This document shows positions 25,190 to 42,671 of a stretch of 64,000 nt of DNA, in pieces. Within the stretch, counting starts at the first letter, position 1. Each line of letters starts with the position of its first letter. A model generated the notes under the pieces. The model saw only the letters and a program-made list of their open reading frames with translations. It made no database searches and had not been told where the DNA came from. Source of the stretch: Eledone cirrhosa. Lineage: Eukaryota. The stretch covers positions 49,538,001-49,602,000 of the forward strand of contig OZ024750.1 in the NCBI GenBank assembly GCA_964016885.1, read 5' to 3'. The translations under genes were made by a program, and so were the position numbers.

Positions 25190-26085
25190 AATCGCATTTG
25201 AACAGAGGCCCCCTCAATTCAATCTATACGTGGACAGATGGACAATCATATGGATCATTTTGCATATATGTACTCTGTGTTTTTGCATTTGTTCACTATT
25301 GGTTCTGTTCTTTTCTTTTGTGTACTTTATGTCTGTTTTTCTTTGATCTTGTTCCATGTGATGGAAATTAGGACTGCGTACCAGATCCACTAATGCCTGG
25401 AGCCCTGTAGGTATAATGTACGACACTGTCTTTCAATATGTGGATAGATTAACTGTGACACTAGAATCCCTCTCAGAAAATATTACTTAAACATCTCTCT
25501 CCATATTATTTACTCACCTCAATCCGAATCATCACCTGAAAATAATTTGTTTTAATTCTTTTTTTAATTCCTTTTTTTAATTCTTTAATTTATAATTGTT
25601 AATTTCTTAATTTATAATTTCTGATATTTGATTTAGGATTTTAATTTGTATTTCCAACTCTCACTCTTAACTTCCAACGTAAAATCATGATACCTAGAAT
25701 AAGTTTATTTTCCCTTATAAGGTGATGGTCAGTCGTACCGTCAACGCTTAGTGAGGTGTAGTATTATGACCTATATAAACTAACACTCTCCCATCCCCTC
25801 TGGCTCTCAGCTGACTGCCACAGCCGTGATGGGTAGCAGTGAAATATGGCACAGGCATTGGTGGGCCATTGTTTTGGATGACGGGGTGAACTGACTAAGC
25901 AAATTTCGTTGAAGTCTGCGGTGGCGAATGGTCAACTTCCTTCGGACATGCGCTTGCGCAGGCCGGTGGGGGTGAATTGGCACTCACAAGGGAGCGGATG
26001 AAAAACCCCAAAACACGCAATTCATCCGTTCCCTTGTCGATCCAATTTGGATTGCCTCGGAAACATAACCATTGTTCTGCAACAA

Positions 26086-26159
26086 GCTGTCTGATGATGA
26101 CACGACACTCGCGCACAGAACAGTGTGGCAAGTGTCGTCACTGAAATATATATCACAGC
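26086..26159 (+). ncRNA. Type I hammerhead ribozyme with long stem II and palindromic stem III
   Basis: Stem I GCTGT/ACAGC, CTGATGA, stem II including ACGACACT/AGTGTCGT, GAA, ATATATAT, AUC triplet. Confidence 0.7.
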
Positions 26160-26282
26160 ATTACTGTTAAAGGATTTGAACATCTGAAACTACTTCGCTT
26201 TTCCTTATTCGATATTTACTCCGTCGCTCCTATGTGGAAAAAGTACGTTGAGGGCTTGAATTGAATTGCATCAATATTTACC

Positions 26283-26382
<100 letters not shown>

Positions 26383-26524
26383 TGTTGAAGTTTGCTTGAA
26401 GCATTTTCGATTAATAAAATTGGTCGGTTTGGAAGCCTCAATAATGCAGATGGGAAATCTCCGGGTTACATAATCAGGTGGTAATGAGAGAGAGAGTGAG
26501 AGATATATATATAGAGAGAGAGAT

Positions 26525-26601
<77 letters not shown>

Positions 26602-26759
26602 TGTAAGAGGAAATGTAGACAAAGATGTATAGGGTGTAGAGGAACGTAGGAAAATTGTAAATATAATAACAGGATTAGAGTTACCTTGGAAGTGATTTAA
26701 TTGTCCCTATATTTTGGAATAGCTGCGGTCAGACAAAGGTCGCGGCAAGTCTTCGATAC

Positions 26760-27725
26760 TAGAATTGTGGGATGGTGATGTATTAATGCGCACGCAACTT
26801 CGCTGTCAATTCCTTACGTTCGGTCTGTGATACTGGCAGACATGGTGTTGGTAGTTTGACTGCGTGTTGTCTGTCGGTCGGTGGGTGGTAGCACGATATA
26901 CACACAATAACAATCCCTCGATTTCTGCCGTGTGTGTATTGTTGTTGTTGTTTCATTTATTTACACCAGCCATCTCGTATCACTTCTCTCCGATCGATTA
27001 TTGATTTGTGGTCTGAGGCGTTTGATCCAGAGTGCCTCTTTGATCCTTAAAGACCCCACGTTAAGTTCCGTCGCTAACACTGTGACAATGTGCCTTCCGT
27101 CTTTGTTTCCGCATTTGCTTATGTGTTTCCGGAAAGACGGGGCCCTAGTGTTGATGTGCCCTTTGATCCGGACATGTAGTGGCCGGATGGTACTACCGAT
27201 GTAGAAGTCGTTACACTTGCCACATTCAACCTTGTATACGACGTACGTGTGTAAGAAAAAGTTCGTCTGGCGCATCAACCAATTGTAGAGGCATCTCCGT
27301 GGGGAGGGCCTCGAGTGGGCCAAGTAAATGTCAAGGCCCTCCCACTGTATGGGTCTGCGGATAGCGTTTTCTCGGCCAGGTGCAGGATCTTAAGTAACCA
27401 CTTGCTTGGAATTTTTCTCTGCCTCTTACGTCTGGCGTCCCTTACTCTGCTTGTAAAGGATGCTGGGTATCCATTCGTCTCCAGTACCCTGTGGAACCGC
27501 TTGGTATGGGTAACACCACTCACGGGATCGCTGCATCTATATTTAATCCGCATGATCTCGTTCGTGATGTACCCTCTTTTAGCACTGTTAGGGAGGGCAG
27601 GATTGTAGTGGACGAACAAGACCCTACAAGCCGCCTTGCTGTAGAAGTTAGTTTTGTCCCCTCCCTGTTCCTTGATTCGGAAGTCGACGGATCCTGTCCC
27701 CTCCTTGACTTCCGAATCAACAGCA
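26760..27725 (-). mobile_element. 5'-truncated decayed Penelope-like element (RT thumb + GIY-YIG)
   Basis: FYSK..LFVHY.PALP.SAKRGYI.NEI.RI, LETNGYP and VVYKVECGKCNDFYIGSTIRPLHVRIKGH..LRIKEALWIKRLRPQINNRSE. Confidence 0.88.
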
Positions 27726-27851
27726 GTGAAACACAAGTTGATGTATATAAAAATATTAAACATTAAAAAGGAAAACCGTAGAAAAAGTTAAAAGGATTTT
27801 CTCTCAGAATAACATCAAAACATTTATTTAGAATATAGGAATGTCCGTATT

Positions 27852-27892
27852 ATTTGTACCGGTTTCAGCGTGCAGGCTTCTTCACGATGAAA
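27852..27892 (-). ncRNA. Decayed minimal hammerhead motif
   Basis: Minus strand: GTGAAGA-AGC(ctgcac)GCT-GAA-ACCGGT-A. C3 is substituted and stem I is unclear. Confidence 0.4.
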
Positions 27893-28084
27893 GTGTATAA
27901 TACAATTAAATTGCACTTTAATAAGAACAACAAGAATAGGTAGGGGGATGGGGGGGGGGGGGGGGGTTACATACATATAGAAAGAGAAAAGTTCACATTT
28001 GTATGTGATCCTTCCCTGCTTCTTCCACTATTAATGGTGACACAGCTAAGGTCAACACTAAGAGAGAAAGATAGACAACTACAG

Positions 28085-28118
<34 letters not shown>

Positions 28119-28213
28119 ATATATATGAAGGAGGTGAGTTTTATTGTAGCACAATAAAGCAATGCAAACATCGGACAAGTACCACTCAACGGTTTATAGT
28201 ACTGGAGTATAAA

Positions 28214-29872
<1,659 letters not shown>

Positions 29873-30039
29873 TATATGATGATCTTTACTTTTCCACTGG
29901 AGGTCCACTTGGACTTCTAGTTAGTGTTTTGTGAAGTGAAACCGATCGGTAAAAGCAACTTGAGTGGGTAAATATTTAAATTATACTTTTTAATTTATTT
30001 TAAAATATTGTTTGAATTTTACTTGTTCTGCTTATCTCA

Positions 30040-30081
<42 letters not shown>

Positions 30082-30115
30082 GTGTATGTATATATATATA
30101 TATGTATATATAAAT

Positions 30116-30172
<57 letters not shown>

Positions 30173-30181
30173 TATATATAA

Positions 30182-30212
<31 letters not shown>

Positions 30213-30225
30213 AATATATATATAA

Positions 30226-31110
<885 letters not shown>

Positions 31111-31181
31111 TGTTAACTATATATATATATTTCGTTTCTGAATTTGTTTAGCAAGATTCTTTATCTATATGTATGTATGTA

Positions 31182-31325
<144 letters not shown>

Positions 31326-31356
31326 TATATATATATGTATATATATATACACATAA

Positions 31357-31439
<83 letters not shown>

Positions 31440-31457
31440 TACATACATACATACAAT

Positions 31458-31531
<74 letters not shown>

Positions 31532-31904
31532 AATAATAATAAATGTGTAGACTAAAATCCAAAGAGGGCTCGATAAGGATAAATATATATCAAATATATA
31601 AGAACTGTAGAGCAAATATTTATACAATAATATTAAATAAATGGAAACTATATTTATAAAACCTTATTTATTCTATTATATATATTTCAAGGGTACCAAC
31701 ACTTTGGTACGCTTTTATCAGATAAAATACAAATTGTGTTTTATAAATGTTGACATAGCCAAGGAACATACCATATATTTACTGCGAAAAGCTGTCGAGC
31801 GTCTGAATCAGTTATAAACATTTATATTTGTTGAATTACCTACAATTTAAATATCACTTCTGCTTATATATACATATATATATATATATTCATATATATA
31901 TTGT

Positions 31905-32410
<506 letters not shown>

Positions 32411-32701
32411 TATGACCTAAGATAAATATTAATAAATACAAACTGGTACAATAACAACCAAACACAAACACACAGCTGTGAACAAAGATAGAACACACAC
32501 ATACCAAACAGAGAACAGACGCACATATGTGTTGGTTTGCGTGTGTGTTTGTGTGGATGTGTGTGTGAGTGTGTGAATGTATGTGCGTGAGTGTGTGTGT
32601 GTATGTGTGAGCGTGTGTGCATGTATGTAGAAGGTAAACACAAACAACACAAATAACGAAACAAATGGCTCAATACATGGACAAAATATATTAATTTAGC
32701 G

Positions 32702-32735
<34 letters not shown>

Positions 32736-34079
32736 AGAGAGAGAGAGGTAGAACACTGGAAGGTAATATCCCTAGTGGTAGAGCACTCAGTCCATGGGAC
32801 GAGTTATCTAGAAGTGGTAACACAACAGTTAGTCCACCATTTTGAGAACAATTGTTCACCTCAGCGGAACCTCAGGTCGTAATGGTCATGGGAATACGGA
32901 ATAGGAAGGACAGCCGTATGAAAGTGCATGCGCACAAACGGTCACTTCACCCACGCAATGAAAAGCCAAGGGCGAAATATGTAAGGGAGATAACTGCTTT
33001 GAAAGACCCAAAAGTAGTTCTAGTTGATAAGAAAATTAGGATGTTGTTGTTATACAATCCGGAGTTTGTAGTTATGTAAGAGGTCTTTCCACATATGTGG
33101 ACAACATATACATATTTATATATATGTGGGTGTGTGTGTGTGTGTGTGTGTGCGTGTATCTGTGTATGTGTCTGTGTGTGGGTGGGTGTGTCTGTCTCTG
33201 TCTGTGTGCATGTATGTGAGTGCGTATGTTTCTGTGTCGGTGTGTATGTGTGTGGGTGCGTGTATGTATGTAAGTGTGTGTGTGTGTGTATGTGTGTATA
33301 TGTGCCTGGGTGTGTGTATGGGTGTCTGTGTTGGTATGTGTGTGTGTGTGTGTCTGTGTGTGTATGTCTGTGTCTCTCTATGTGTGTATGTTATATGTAT
33401 TGCTCTATGTGTATATATGCATGACTTAAAGTTTCAATTATACGCTTACACGTAATATATATATATATATTGTTCAAATATATATAAATACATTTTCGGA
33501 AAGGAATATATTTGTTCAGCTTGAACTCTCTGATGATCGAAGCGTTTATTTTTATCGGATTAGTTAGTTACTACTGTGAATATCTACTATAATATTCAAT
33601 ACTAAGTAGAAATAAATAGTTAATGTACATGATCCACAAACACACATATCCGCACACATAAATATCAATAAATATTTATATTTATATATATGCGTGTGTA
33701 GTAATGTATGCATACGTACATACATACATAAATACATGGTGGCTGCCAACTCGTTTTCGAATACGGCCACTACTTTATATCCACGTAGGAGAACCCCTAC
33801 CGATGCGCTGAACGAGTGTGACTTTTTAGTCCAGCCAGCGACTTGACAACTGTGGTACATATACTACAATTGTGACAATTATTGACACATAGTGCTGGGA
33901 CCATGGTACCATGTGACGACAAGTGCAGAGAGATCTCCAGATATAAAGCAATGCCTGTGCCGTGAATCTTTTATAGTGAGCAAAGGCACTGCACAAAGCC
34001 AGCCCCACTCTCTTAACCAAGATGATATTTTTTACCAAAATGAAGAATAAGTCAACATCATTGGATACCATCAGGGTTG

Positions 34080-34340
34080 CCGGTGTTATATCAGAGTTTT
34101 CCTTCTCCTAGAATTTTGCCTTGACAAAGGCTCAGGGGTCATCTCTCCCGGTGATTTTGGATGGCCATTGACTCTTAAGAACTCCTTTGACAGGTTTTGT
34201 TTTTAGTCCTGCAGGATGTCCAAAGTCACCCTCCTCACCAAGAAAACTTGGTGGGGTTGCTAGTTTAGTCGCCAACGACCCGGCGATGAGACAGGTTGTA
34301 CTGGGAAACATGTTACCAGTAGCACCAACTGGAGACCTGA
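34080..34340 (-). mobile_element. Probable RTE-type LINE 5' UTR fragment
   Basis: Resembles from memory the RTE leader pattern (GCCGGGTCGTTGGCGACTAAAC..GCAACCCCACC..GAGGAGGG..TAGGAGAAGGAAAACTCTGA). No ORF support. Confidence 0.4.
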
Positions 34341-34374
34341 CATAAATACATACATACTTACATACATGCATAAG

Positions 34375-34970
34375 AAAACAATGGCTCGCAACGTGTTTGC
34401 TGTGCCTGTCCTACCACCAACGTTTGGAATACTCAATTCGACGATAGACGAAATCGGAGCAGTCGGATATTGGAACTCGAAATATACTAAACAACACCGG
34501 AAACTTCCACATTAACAGTGACATGGACCGCTTTTACTTGAAACGTAATCAGGGAGGCAGAGGTCTAACGTCAGTCCAGACCGCATTTGAATGTCACAAT
34601 CATATCCCTCCGACAATATCTATGGACCTCAAAGCGTAGGAACCCGTCTCTCGAGTAAATATATGTGCATGAAACAGATAAGATCATGAGAGTTGGGGAG
34701 GAACACCTCGACAAATATTCCCTGTGTGATAATCAAATCTCACACCCAGGGAAGTTGCTCAGCAGTATCACAGTGAATCCATGGATGAAAAACTGCATGC
34801 TTATCAGCAAAAAATCATGCATGGATATATTGCCTGGAACGTATAGAGTGAGAGTAATATAGATAAACAAAGTAGTCTATCTTGGATCAACAACCGCTAT
34901 ATTGGCTCCCACTTTGAAGGATACGCTTTTGCAATCCAATAAAAGTAAATCAACACGAAATACCTGTAAT
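34375..34970 (+). mobile_element. Decayed R4/Dong-type LINE fragment (RT thumb/linker), second family
   Basis: Manual translation gives NVFAVPVL..TFGIL..TIDEI, TRNIL..TGNFHINSDMDRFYLKRNQGGRGL and SHFEGYAFAIQ..INTKY. Confidence 0.75.
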
Positions 34971-35967
34971 AAACTTTGCCAAACATTTCCTGCTTCCATG
35001 AAACAAATCCATAAAACTGAATACATGCTGTAACCCTCTCTCTAACACGCTTATTCACTCTCACTACTACCCTAAAAAAACAATGAAACCACATACATGT
35101 TGCAACACTCTCTCTCTATATATCACACACACACACACACATATACATATACATCTAAAGAGAGAAACGGGAGATGTAGAAAGAGAGAGAGAGGGAGTGA
35201 GATAGGTCGTTATTCAGAGAGAGGTACAAAATAATCAGATAGAGAGAGAGAGAGAGAGATAGAGAGATAGAGAGAGATAGAAAATGGCGACGAACGCTGG
35301 TTCACACACACACACAAACACATATATATATAAAGACAGAGAGAGAGAGAGTGAGTGATAGAGAGAGAGAGATCTGCGCATTCTTTACTGTTCTCCATTC
35401 TGTAGAGGAAGAGAGATAGAGGTGGTATGAGTGAGAGAGAGAGAGAGAAAGAGAAAGAGAGGGTATGAGAAAAAAAGGAGAGGGTTGAGAAAGAAAGAAT
35501 GTTTAAACAAAGAATCGCTGCTTTCAACATTAACGGGATCATCTGAAATTAATTCAATCTATGAACGCAGAATTAAATATTTCGAGAAACGTTCCAACCG
35601 AACGAAAACAGGAAGACGATATTTTGGTTCGTGAAGACGTTCTCTGGTAATGAACGGAAAAAAGCGAGGATAATACGTCGTTATGTGGACCGAAAAGAAC
35701 AATTTCATGCAAAGACAAGACCAAGTGTATGGCATAAATGGAGTCGTTAGACTAATATTCTATTTAAAATAACAGAATCATTTCCAGCTCCCGAGTTTAA
35801 GAATGTTCTAAATAAAATTGTAAACGAAAATGACAGAAGCTATTAAAATAGTTGTTTCTACTTTTGGCACATGGCCAGCAATTACCCAGGTTAACTTTGC
35901 CTTACGGGATCGATGAAATAAAGTACCAGTAATACACTGATTAATTGCTGGCATTGTATTCGATAAC

Positions 35968-38258
35968 ATGGCTGACACGGTCGTTTACTTGATAAGAAAG
36001 ACAGTACACAATCTGACATTATTACTAATACATATAATTTGATGTGTAGAGGTTTAAATTAATTAGAATATTATTTGTGGTCTAATTAATGTATGAAGCA
36101 AAATAATTTTTATTTCGTTATTTTATGTTTTTCGGTTGTTTTTCCTTAACACAAATGCAATAAAAATGTTATAACAAATTCTACAAATATGTGTATAGAT
36201 AGTGTGAACACAAAATATTCCTTTTCGTTTACGAAGTTTTCCACTTTGGCTTTATAAACGTGTAATTATGTGTAAGTCATTTGTATGCATATACACACAC
36301 AGTCACACATACGCACGCACAGACAGGTATACATATTACATATGTGTGTTTGTGTGTGTTGGGTGTGCGTGTGTTTGTAGATCGTGTATAATGAGAAAGA
36401 GATTACATGAATAAAAACCCAATTCAAAAGTGTGTAAATCGTAAATACTTTATTTATGTAATTTCGTCTAGTTTTCATATACAAACATTTGTGTGATGAT
36501 TGAGAAGACATCAGCACTATAATATATTCATACTACTTACCATCGACGTTCTAAGTGCCTGTAAGTTGAACAGTCTTTTGTGATGTGTACGAATGTTAGA
36601 AACGACTATAGCGACGTTTTGGTGCTAAAATGCTTTGTGCATAATTTTCATGTACTTTCGTTGAATGTTTCTTTATCCGTTGCTGATTTGCAGAAGGAAA
36701 TGTGGGATTTCATATCATTACGTGCAAATCTTTGAAAAGGTTGACAGTGTACATAATAGGTGGAGCGTTCTCAGTGATGATACTTCCTCCATTTACAAAA
36801 TTCTAGATATTTAGTAGATTTGGCAGGGATGAATTGTAGATGCCTTATGTTTAGGTAAGTATCCATTAAGATCATCAGGATATTATGTCTACTATTATGA
36901 ATTTGCGAGACACTGATCGGCTTGAGTTATTAGATTTCTATTTTGCATTTGAGATGTCTGACAAAAGGAAGCGACCGAACATAAAGTAACAGTAAAAAGG
37001 TTCGTGTCTTGTATATGCTTCTGCTTCGTACTGACATTCGATAAAATGGCTGACACGGTCGTTTCTTGATAAGAAAGACAGTACATAATCTGACATTGTT
37101 ACTAATACATATAATTTGATGTGGAGACGTTTAAATGAATTAGAATATCGTTTGTGGTCTAATTAATGTATGAAGCAAAAGAGTTTTTGCTTCGTTATTT
37201 TCTGTTTTTGATTTTTTTCCTTAACACAGATGCAATAAAAATGTTATAACACATTCTACAAACATGTGTAAATATATCAGTGTGAGCACAAACTATTGAT
37301 TTTCGTTTACATAGGTTTCCACTCTGGCTTTATAAACGTGTAATTATGTGTAAATCATTTATTTGCATATACACACAGTCACACGCACGGACGCACAGAC
37401 ATGTATATATATTATATATACATGTGTGTTTGTGTGCTTGTGTCTGTTGTGTATACGTGTGTTTGTAGAGCGTTTATAATGAGAAAGAGATTACATGACT
37501 AAAAACCTTATTCAGAAGTGTGTAAAACGTAAATAGTTTATTTATGTAATTTCGGCTTGTTTTCATATACAAACATGTGTGTGCTGATTGAGAAGGCATC
37601 AGCACTATAATATATTCATACTACTTACCATCGACGTTCTAAGTGCCTGTAAGTTGAACAGTCTTTTGTGATGTGTACGAATGTTAGAAACGACTATAGC
37701 GATGTTTTGGTGCTAAAATGATTTGTGCATAATTTTCATGTATTTTTGTGTATTTCTTTCTGTAATTCAGGAACGGATTCAAATATTTCTTTATCCCTTC
37801 CTGAATTGCAGAAGGAAATGTGGGATTTCATATCATTAAGTGCAAATCTTTGAAAAGGTTGACAGTGTACATAATAGGTGGAGCGTTGTCAGTGATGATA
37901 CTTCCTCCAATTACAAAATTCTAGATATTTAGTAGATTTGGCAGGGATGAATTGTAGATGCCTTATGTTTCGGTAAATATCCATTAAGATCATTAGGATA
38001 GTATGTCTACTATTATGAATTTCTGGGACACTGATCCGTTTGAGTTATTAGATTTCCATTTTTGCATTTGTGCTGTCTGACAAAAGGAAGCGACCGAACA
38101 TAAAGTAACAGTAAAAAGGTTCGTGTCTTGTATATGCTTCTGCTTTGTACTGGCGTTCGATAAATGGCTGACACGGTCGTTTCTTGATAAGAACACCAGT
38201 ACATAATCAAACATGTGTGTGCTTATTGAGAAGACATCAGCACTATAATATATTTACA
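35968..38258. repeat. Tandem duplication of a ~1.1-kb unit (two copies plus a deleted partial third)
   Basis: ATGGCTGACACGGTCGTTT recurs at about 35968, 37046 and 38164, with colinear similarity throughout. Confidence 0.92.
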
Positions 38259-38519
38259 TGAATCTCTGTCGACATTGCTTAAGATCTACTCAATAACTCT
38301 CCTGGCTTTAATCGTAATTTCTGGAAGCATTTTCTCACAACATCTGAACCGAACACGATCTGTTATATTAACTTAGACACTGTCTCAGTTGACATTTTGT
38401 TAAATCTGTTCTAATCAAACTGGCTAACTAACACTTCGGGAAACTGATACTTTCATCGAGTCTGTTTTCATCTGATAGAAATGTCAATGTAAACACATAA
38501 ACACACGCCTACAGAGAGG

Positions 38520-38553
<34 letters not shown>

Positions 38554-38601
38554 CACGCGCGCGCGCACGCATACACATACACATACACATACACATACAC
38601 G

Positions 38602-38636
<35 letters not shown>

Positions 38637-38729
38637 GTATACAAATACTGTCGAGTGCTTCTAATCTGTTGTAAAAATGAATTCGTTGAATAATCAACGA
38701 GCCATATAAACTTTTCGTTATGTATATAT

Positions 38730-38916
38730 AGGGCGGTGGATTGGCAGTATCGGTAGAGGGTCGGACGCCATGCTTTCCAGCATAGTTATGTCCCTTTACG
38801 ATCTGAGTTCAAATCCCGCCGAGGTTGACTTTGCCTTTCATCCTTACGGGTTCGATAAAATAAAGCACCAGTAATGCACTGGGCTATTGCTGGCCTTGTG
38901 CCTAAAGTAGAAACAG
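38730..38916 (+). mobile_element. Full-length tRNA-SINE family B
   Basis: GGCGGTGGATTGGCAGTATCGGTAG (A box), GAGTTCAAATCCC (B box), GCCTTTCATCCTT..GATAAAATAAAG core. Confidence 0.85.
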
Positions 38917-39553
38917 TTATGTATATATATATATATGTAGGACTGCGAGTCCGAGAGTGCGTATGTGTGGCTATGGTTTTGCGTGGTATGTCCACGTGTA
39001 TGTGTACATCTGGAAATGTTCAATCTAGCACATTATAAGCCATTTGTGGAATATTGTTGATGGCACTTGATTAAGGTGCCAGGCAATTGAAGATTAACCT
39101 CTACACATGTGTCCATGTAATCTATATTTACTTACCATTCACATTTCACGCTGTATCATAAAAAAAAACATACACTATTCAGCATTTATACATGGTATAC
39201 ATTCAAGCTTCCTATCTTAATGCCACATGCATACATGTAATCGATTACATGAGAGGACTCCCCCCCCCCCCGACAAACACAATGAAGAATGGATTGTCGA
39301 AAGGTTAAATCCATTCCTTCACTTTTACTACTGAATAACAGTAAAAATCGTGCATGGGAATAAACACCAGAAACATGCTATTCACGGAACATAACATATC
39401 TCATATTTAAAAGGATCTCTCTTACAGAATACATATTAATGGTGTGTCTTTCAACCAAAAGATCGTAAAGCAGCTTTAATACCTGTGGCAGCAACAGAGT
39501 AGTAATAGATTTATATACGCTATAAAAGCTACGCTCATAGATTTGCATCTGTC

Positions 39554-39590
<37 letters not shown>

Positions 39591-39606
39591 TACATTTGCA
39601 TCTGTC

Positions 39607-39649
<43 letters not shown>

Positions 39650-39671
39650 TTTAACTATTATGTGTTACCCC

Positions 39672-39714
<43 letters not shown>

Positions 39715-39814
39715 ATAAGTGTGTGTATGAGTGTAAAGGTGCGAGGTATACGCGGTGAAACCTCAAATATCTGCTCCTGATTAAATATCTATGTAACACA
39801 CAAGTGCACAACTT

Positions 39815-40900
39815 CTCACACACACAGCGTATAAGCACACACACACACACAACATACGCACGCACACACAACACATACCCACGCACACACATCACATACG
39901 CACACATACACATCACATACGCACGCACACACAACACATACACACGCACACACAGCATATACGCACACGCACGCAACGCATACGCACACACGCACAACAC
40001 ATACGCACACATACAGCACATACGCAGGCACACACAACACATACGCACGTAAATACACCACATACTCACACATACACTACACATACGCACGCACACACAA
40101 CACATACGCATGCACACACAATACATACGCACCCACACACACAACACATACGCACACATACACAACCCATACGCACGCACACACATAACACATACGCACA
40201 CACGCAACACATACTCACGCACACGCACATGCATACGCACACACACAAAACACATACGCACACACTCACAACAAATATGCACGCACATGCTCACACATAC
40301 GCGCACATACTCACACAACACATACGCTCACACAGGCTACACATCGCACGCACACACAGCACATGCACACGCATACACAACACATACACACGCATACACA
40401 ACATATACACACGCACAACACGCACGCACGCTCCTACACCACATACGCACACACGCACTACAAATGCGCACGTACATACAACACATACACACGCACACAC
40501 AATACATACGCACGCACACACACAACACATGCGCACACACACACAACCCATACGCACGCACACACACATCACATACATACACACACGCAACACATACGCA
40601 CGCACACACGCACATACGTATACACACACAACACATACGCACGCACACACACATACGCGCACACACACACATCACACATACGTACGCACACACACTCATA
40701 CATATAGATAGATATATATGGGCACGTGTGTGTGTGTTCACCCATGTGTGTGTTTGATATACGTGTGTGTGTGCGTGCACTCATGCGTGTGTCTGCACAC
40801 GTGTGTGTTTTTGTTATACGTGTGTGCACCCATGTGTGTGTTTGATATACGTGTGTGCGTGTGTGGGTGCATCTATGTGTGTTGATATATGGTTGTGTGT
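39815..40900. repeat. Cryptic (CA)-rich minisatellite / low-complexity tract
   Basis: Degenerate ACACAACACATACGCACGCAC units, flipping to TG-rich after about 40720. Confidence 0.9.
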
Positions 40901-42164
40901 GTGTACATCCACGGGTGTATTCGAGTTCGTACGGTGTTTGTTGTCTGCTATTTTTGATTCATCACCTAATTCACTTTGCTTCTTTTTGCTTTTTATTCAG
41001 CTGAGAACATTAGCTAAAAATAGGTTTCTGATTCACGCAATATCAATTGATCTTTGGCATATCGATTGATTTTCACAGCGATAAACAGTCAATTAAATAT
41101 ATTTAATACATTTCAAATCATCTGATAACCAACTATGTATCTATAATTATTTCATAAAGTAGAAAAAATATACAGGTCGGAATAATCCATTAATAACAGG
41201 AGTAAAATCAATGTTTATTATGTCATTCTTGTGTGTTGATAATTGATTACCCTTCGATTTCAAGGAATAATTCATCATTCATTATATGATTAATTTCTGG
41301 AGGGGCATATTTATATTCAATATATACGCCATGCTATTAATGTGTTTCTGCAATTAATTTAGCAACTAATTATACTTTCACTGAAAATGTAAAAACGCTT
41401 CGATTATATATTTATATCTGGTGGATTCTCCCGTTGTATATCGACATATGAGGGTTCAACTTATGTGCGTTTGTGTGTTTAAATGCCTTAAAGTCCAGTT
41501 TAGTTCAGCTGTTGATTTACACACCAGGCAGGCTTTCAGTGCAGATGACAGGATCTTTAGAGGGGCAGGAAGGAATGTCGGAAACCTTGGTGAATACGAT
41601 TGTAAAACTCTTTCAGGCATTTATGTGTCTTGTGTTGAAGTTAATATACGCACATACGCTCTAACACACACACATACACACACACACATACACACTCATA
41701 CATACACATATGCATATGTATGTATATATGAGGAAATATTCTACTTTTCTATGCTTAACATAAGCCAAAGTTTCCGTGTGGTAGATCAAGCATCTTTTAT
41801 TATATATATGTGTGTATGTAGGTGAGTATGTGTGTGTAAGTATGTGAATGTGTGTGTGTATGTGTGTATGTGTGTTTGTATGTTTGTATGTGTGTGTGTG
41901 TTTGTGTGTCTGTAATTGTTTAAATAGAAAATAAAATAGCCGAATTTACTCATCAACAAATTATCTATATTCCTCTTGGCTTTTGCATTATTGGTTTTGT
42001 CGGCGGCTCGTAAATTCTGGCAGAAGTGCCACTGGTGTTTTGGTGTCAGAATGCGGCATTTGGATTCAGTATACAGATCTGTCTGACAGTATTAATATTC
42101 CGTGCAATATCCAGTCCTTCAAATCGTGTTCTATTTATCAACTACGAATGGATAATATCCAGAG

Positions 42165-42263
42165 TTAACAGTGATGTGAACACAATGAGTCTGTACAAAT
42201 GCTACAAATCATTTTTTCTCCTCCACCTATCCGGCGACCAATACCTCATCAAACAGTACATCT
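42165..42263 (-). pseudogene. Possible piggyBac-type transposase C-terminal Cys-rich domain relic
   Basis: Manual translation RCTV**GIGRRIGGGEKMICSICTDSLCSHHC* fits RCxxC..CxxC..LCxxC spacing but contains stops. Confidence 0.3.
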
Positions 42264-42671
42264 TATTTTGCAATTCTTCGTTATTCTTATCCTTGTGTTT
42301 CAGCCTTTAGACTGCCAGCATGTTTGGACACCAGCTTCAATTGGTTTAGCTAATAATAAGGTCTCCACTGTGTGCCTATTTTTTTAGTCTGTTACTAAAT
42401 GTCTGATACATTTTATCGATCCGCTAAGTGATATGGCATAAGGAAACACAAACTTAGAAATTTCATTCAAAAGAATTGGTCAATCCAATAGAATACCCGA
42501 CAAATCCCTAAATTTCCATGAAGTAATATTCTAGCTGAAACCAAATATCTGCGTATCAAAATATAACAAGATATTGTAATTTACAATCGTATTACACAGC
42601 GGGAGTGTCAACATGTAATGTTTATTTTCATTTGGATTAAAACAATATAATATCTCATCTAAAATAAACTA

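Noticed and set aside
25870-25920. Possible SECIS element (ATGAC...AA...TGAA)
   Set aside because: Helix II does not pair in the register needed for the tandem G-A quartet, and there is no linked in-frame UGA ORF.
35280-35760. CpG-richer stretch with AAAATGGCG as promoter or first exon
   Set aside because: Only short ORFs and no splice donor that I could support; insufficient evidence.
39665-41069. Long His/Thr-rich and Cys/Val-rich ORFs
   Set aside because: They are open in many frames on both strands because of CA-rich low complexity, with no protein signal.
41421-41825. 134-aa ORF as a host exon
   Set aside because: No recognisable domain, it runs into microsatellite, and it has no clear splice sites.
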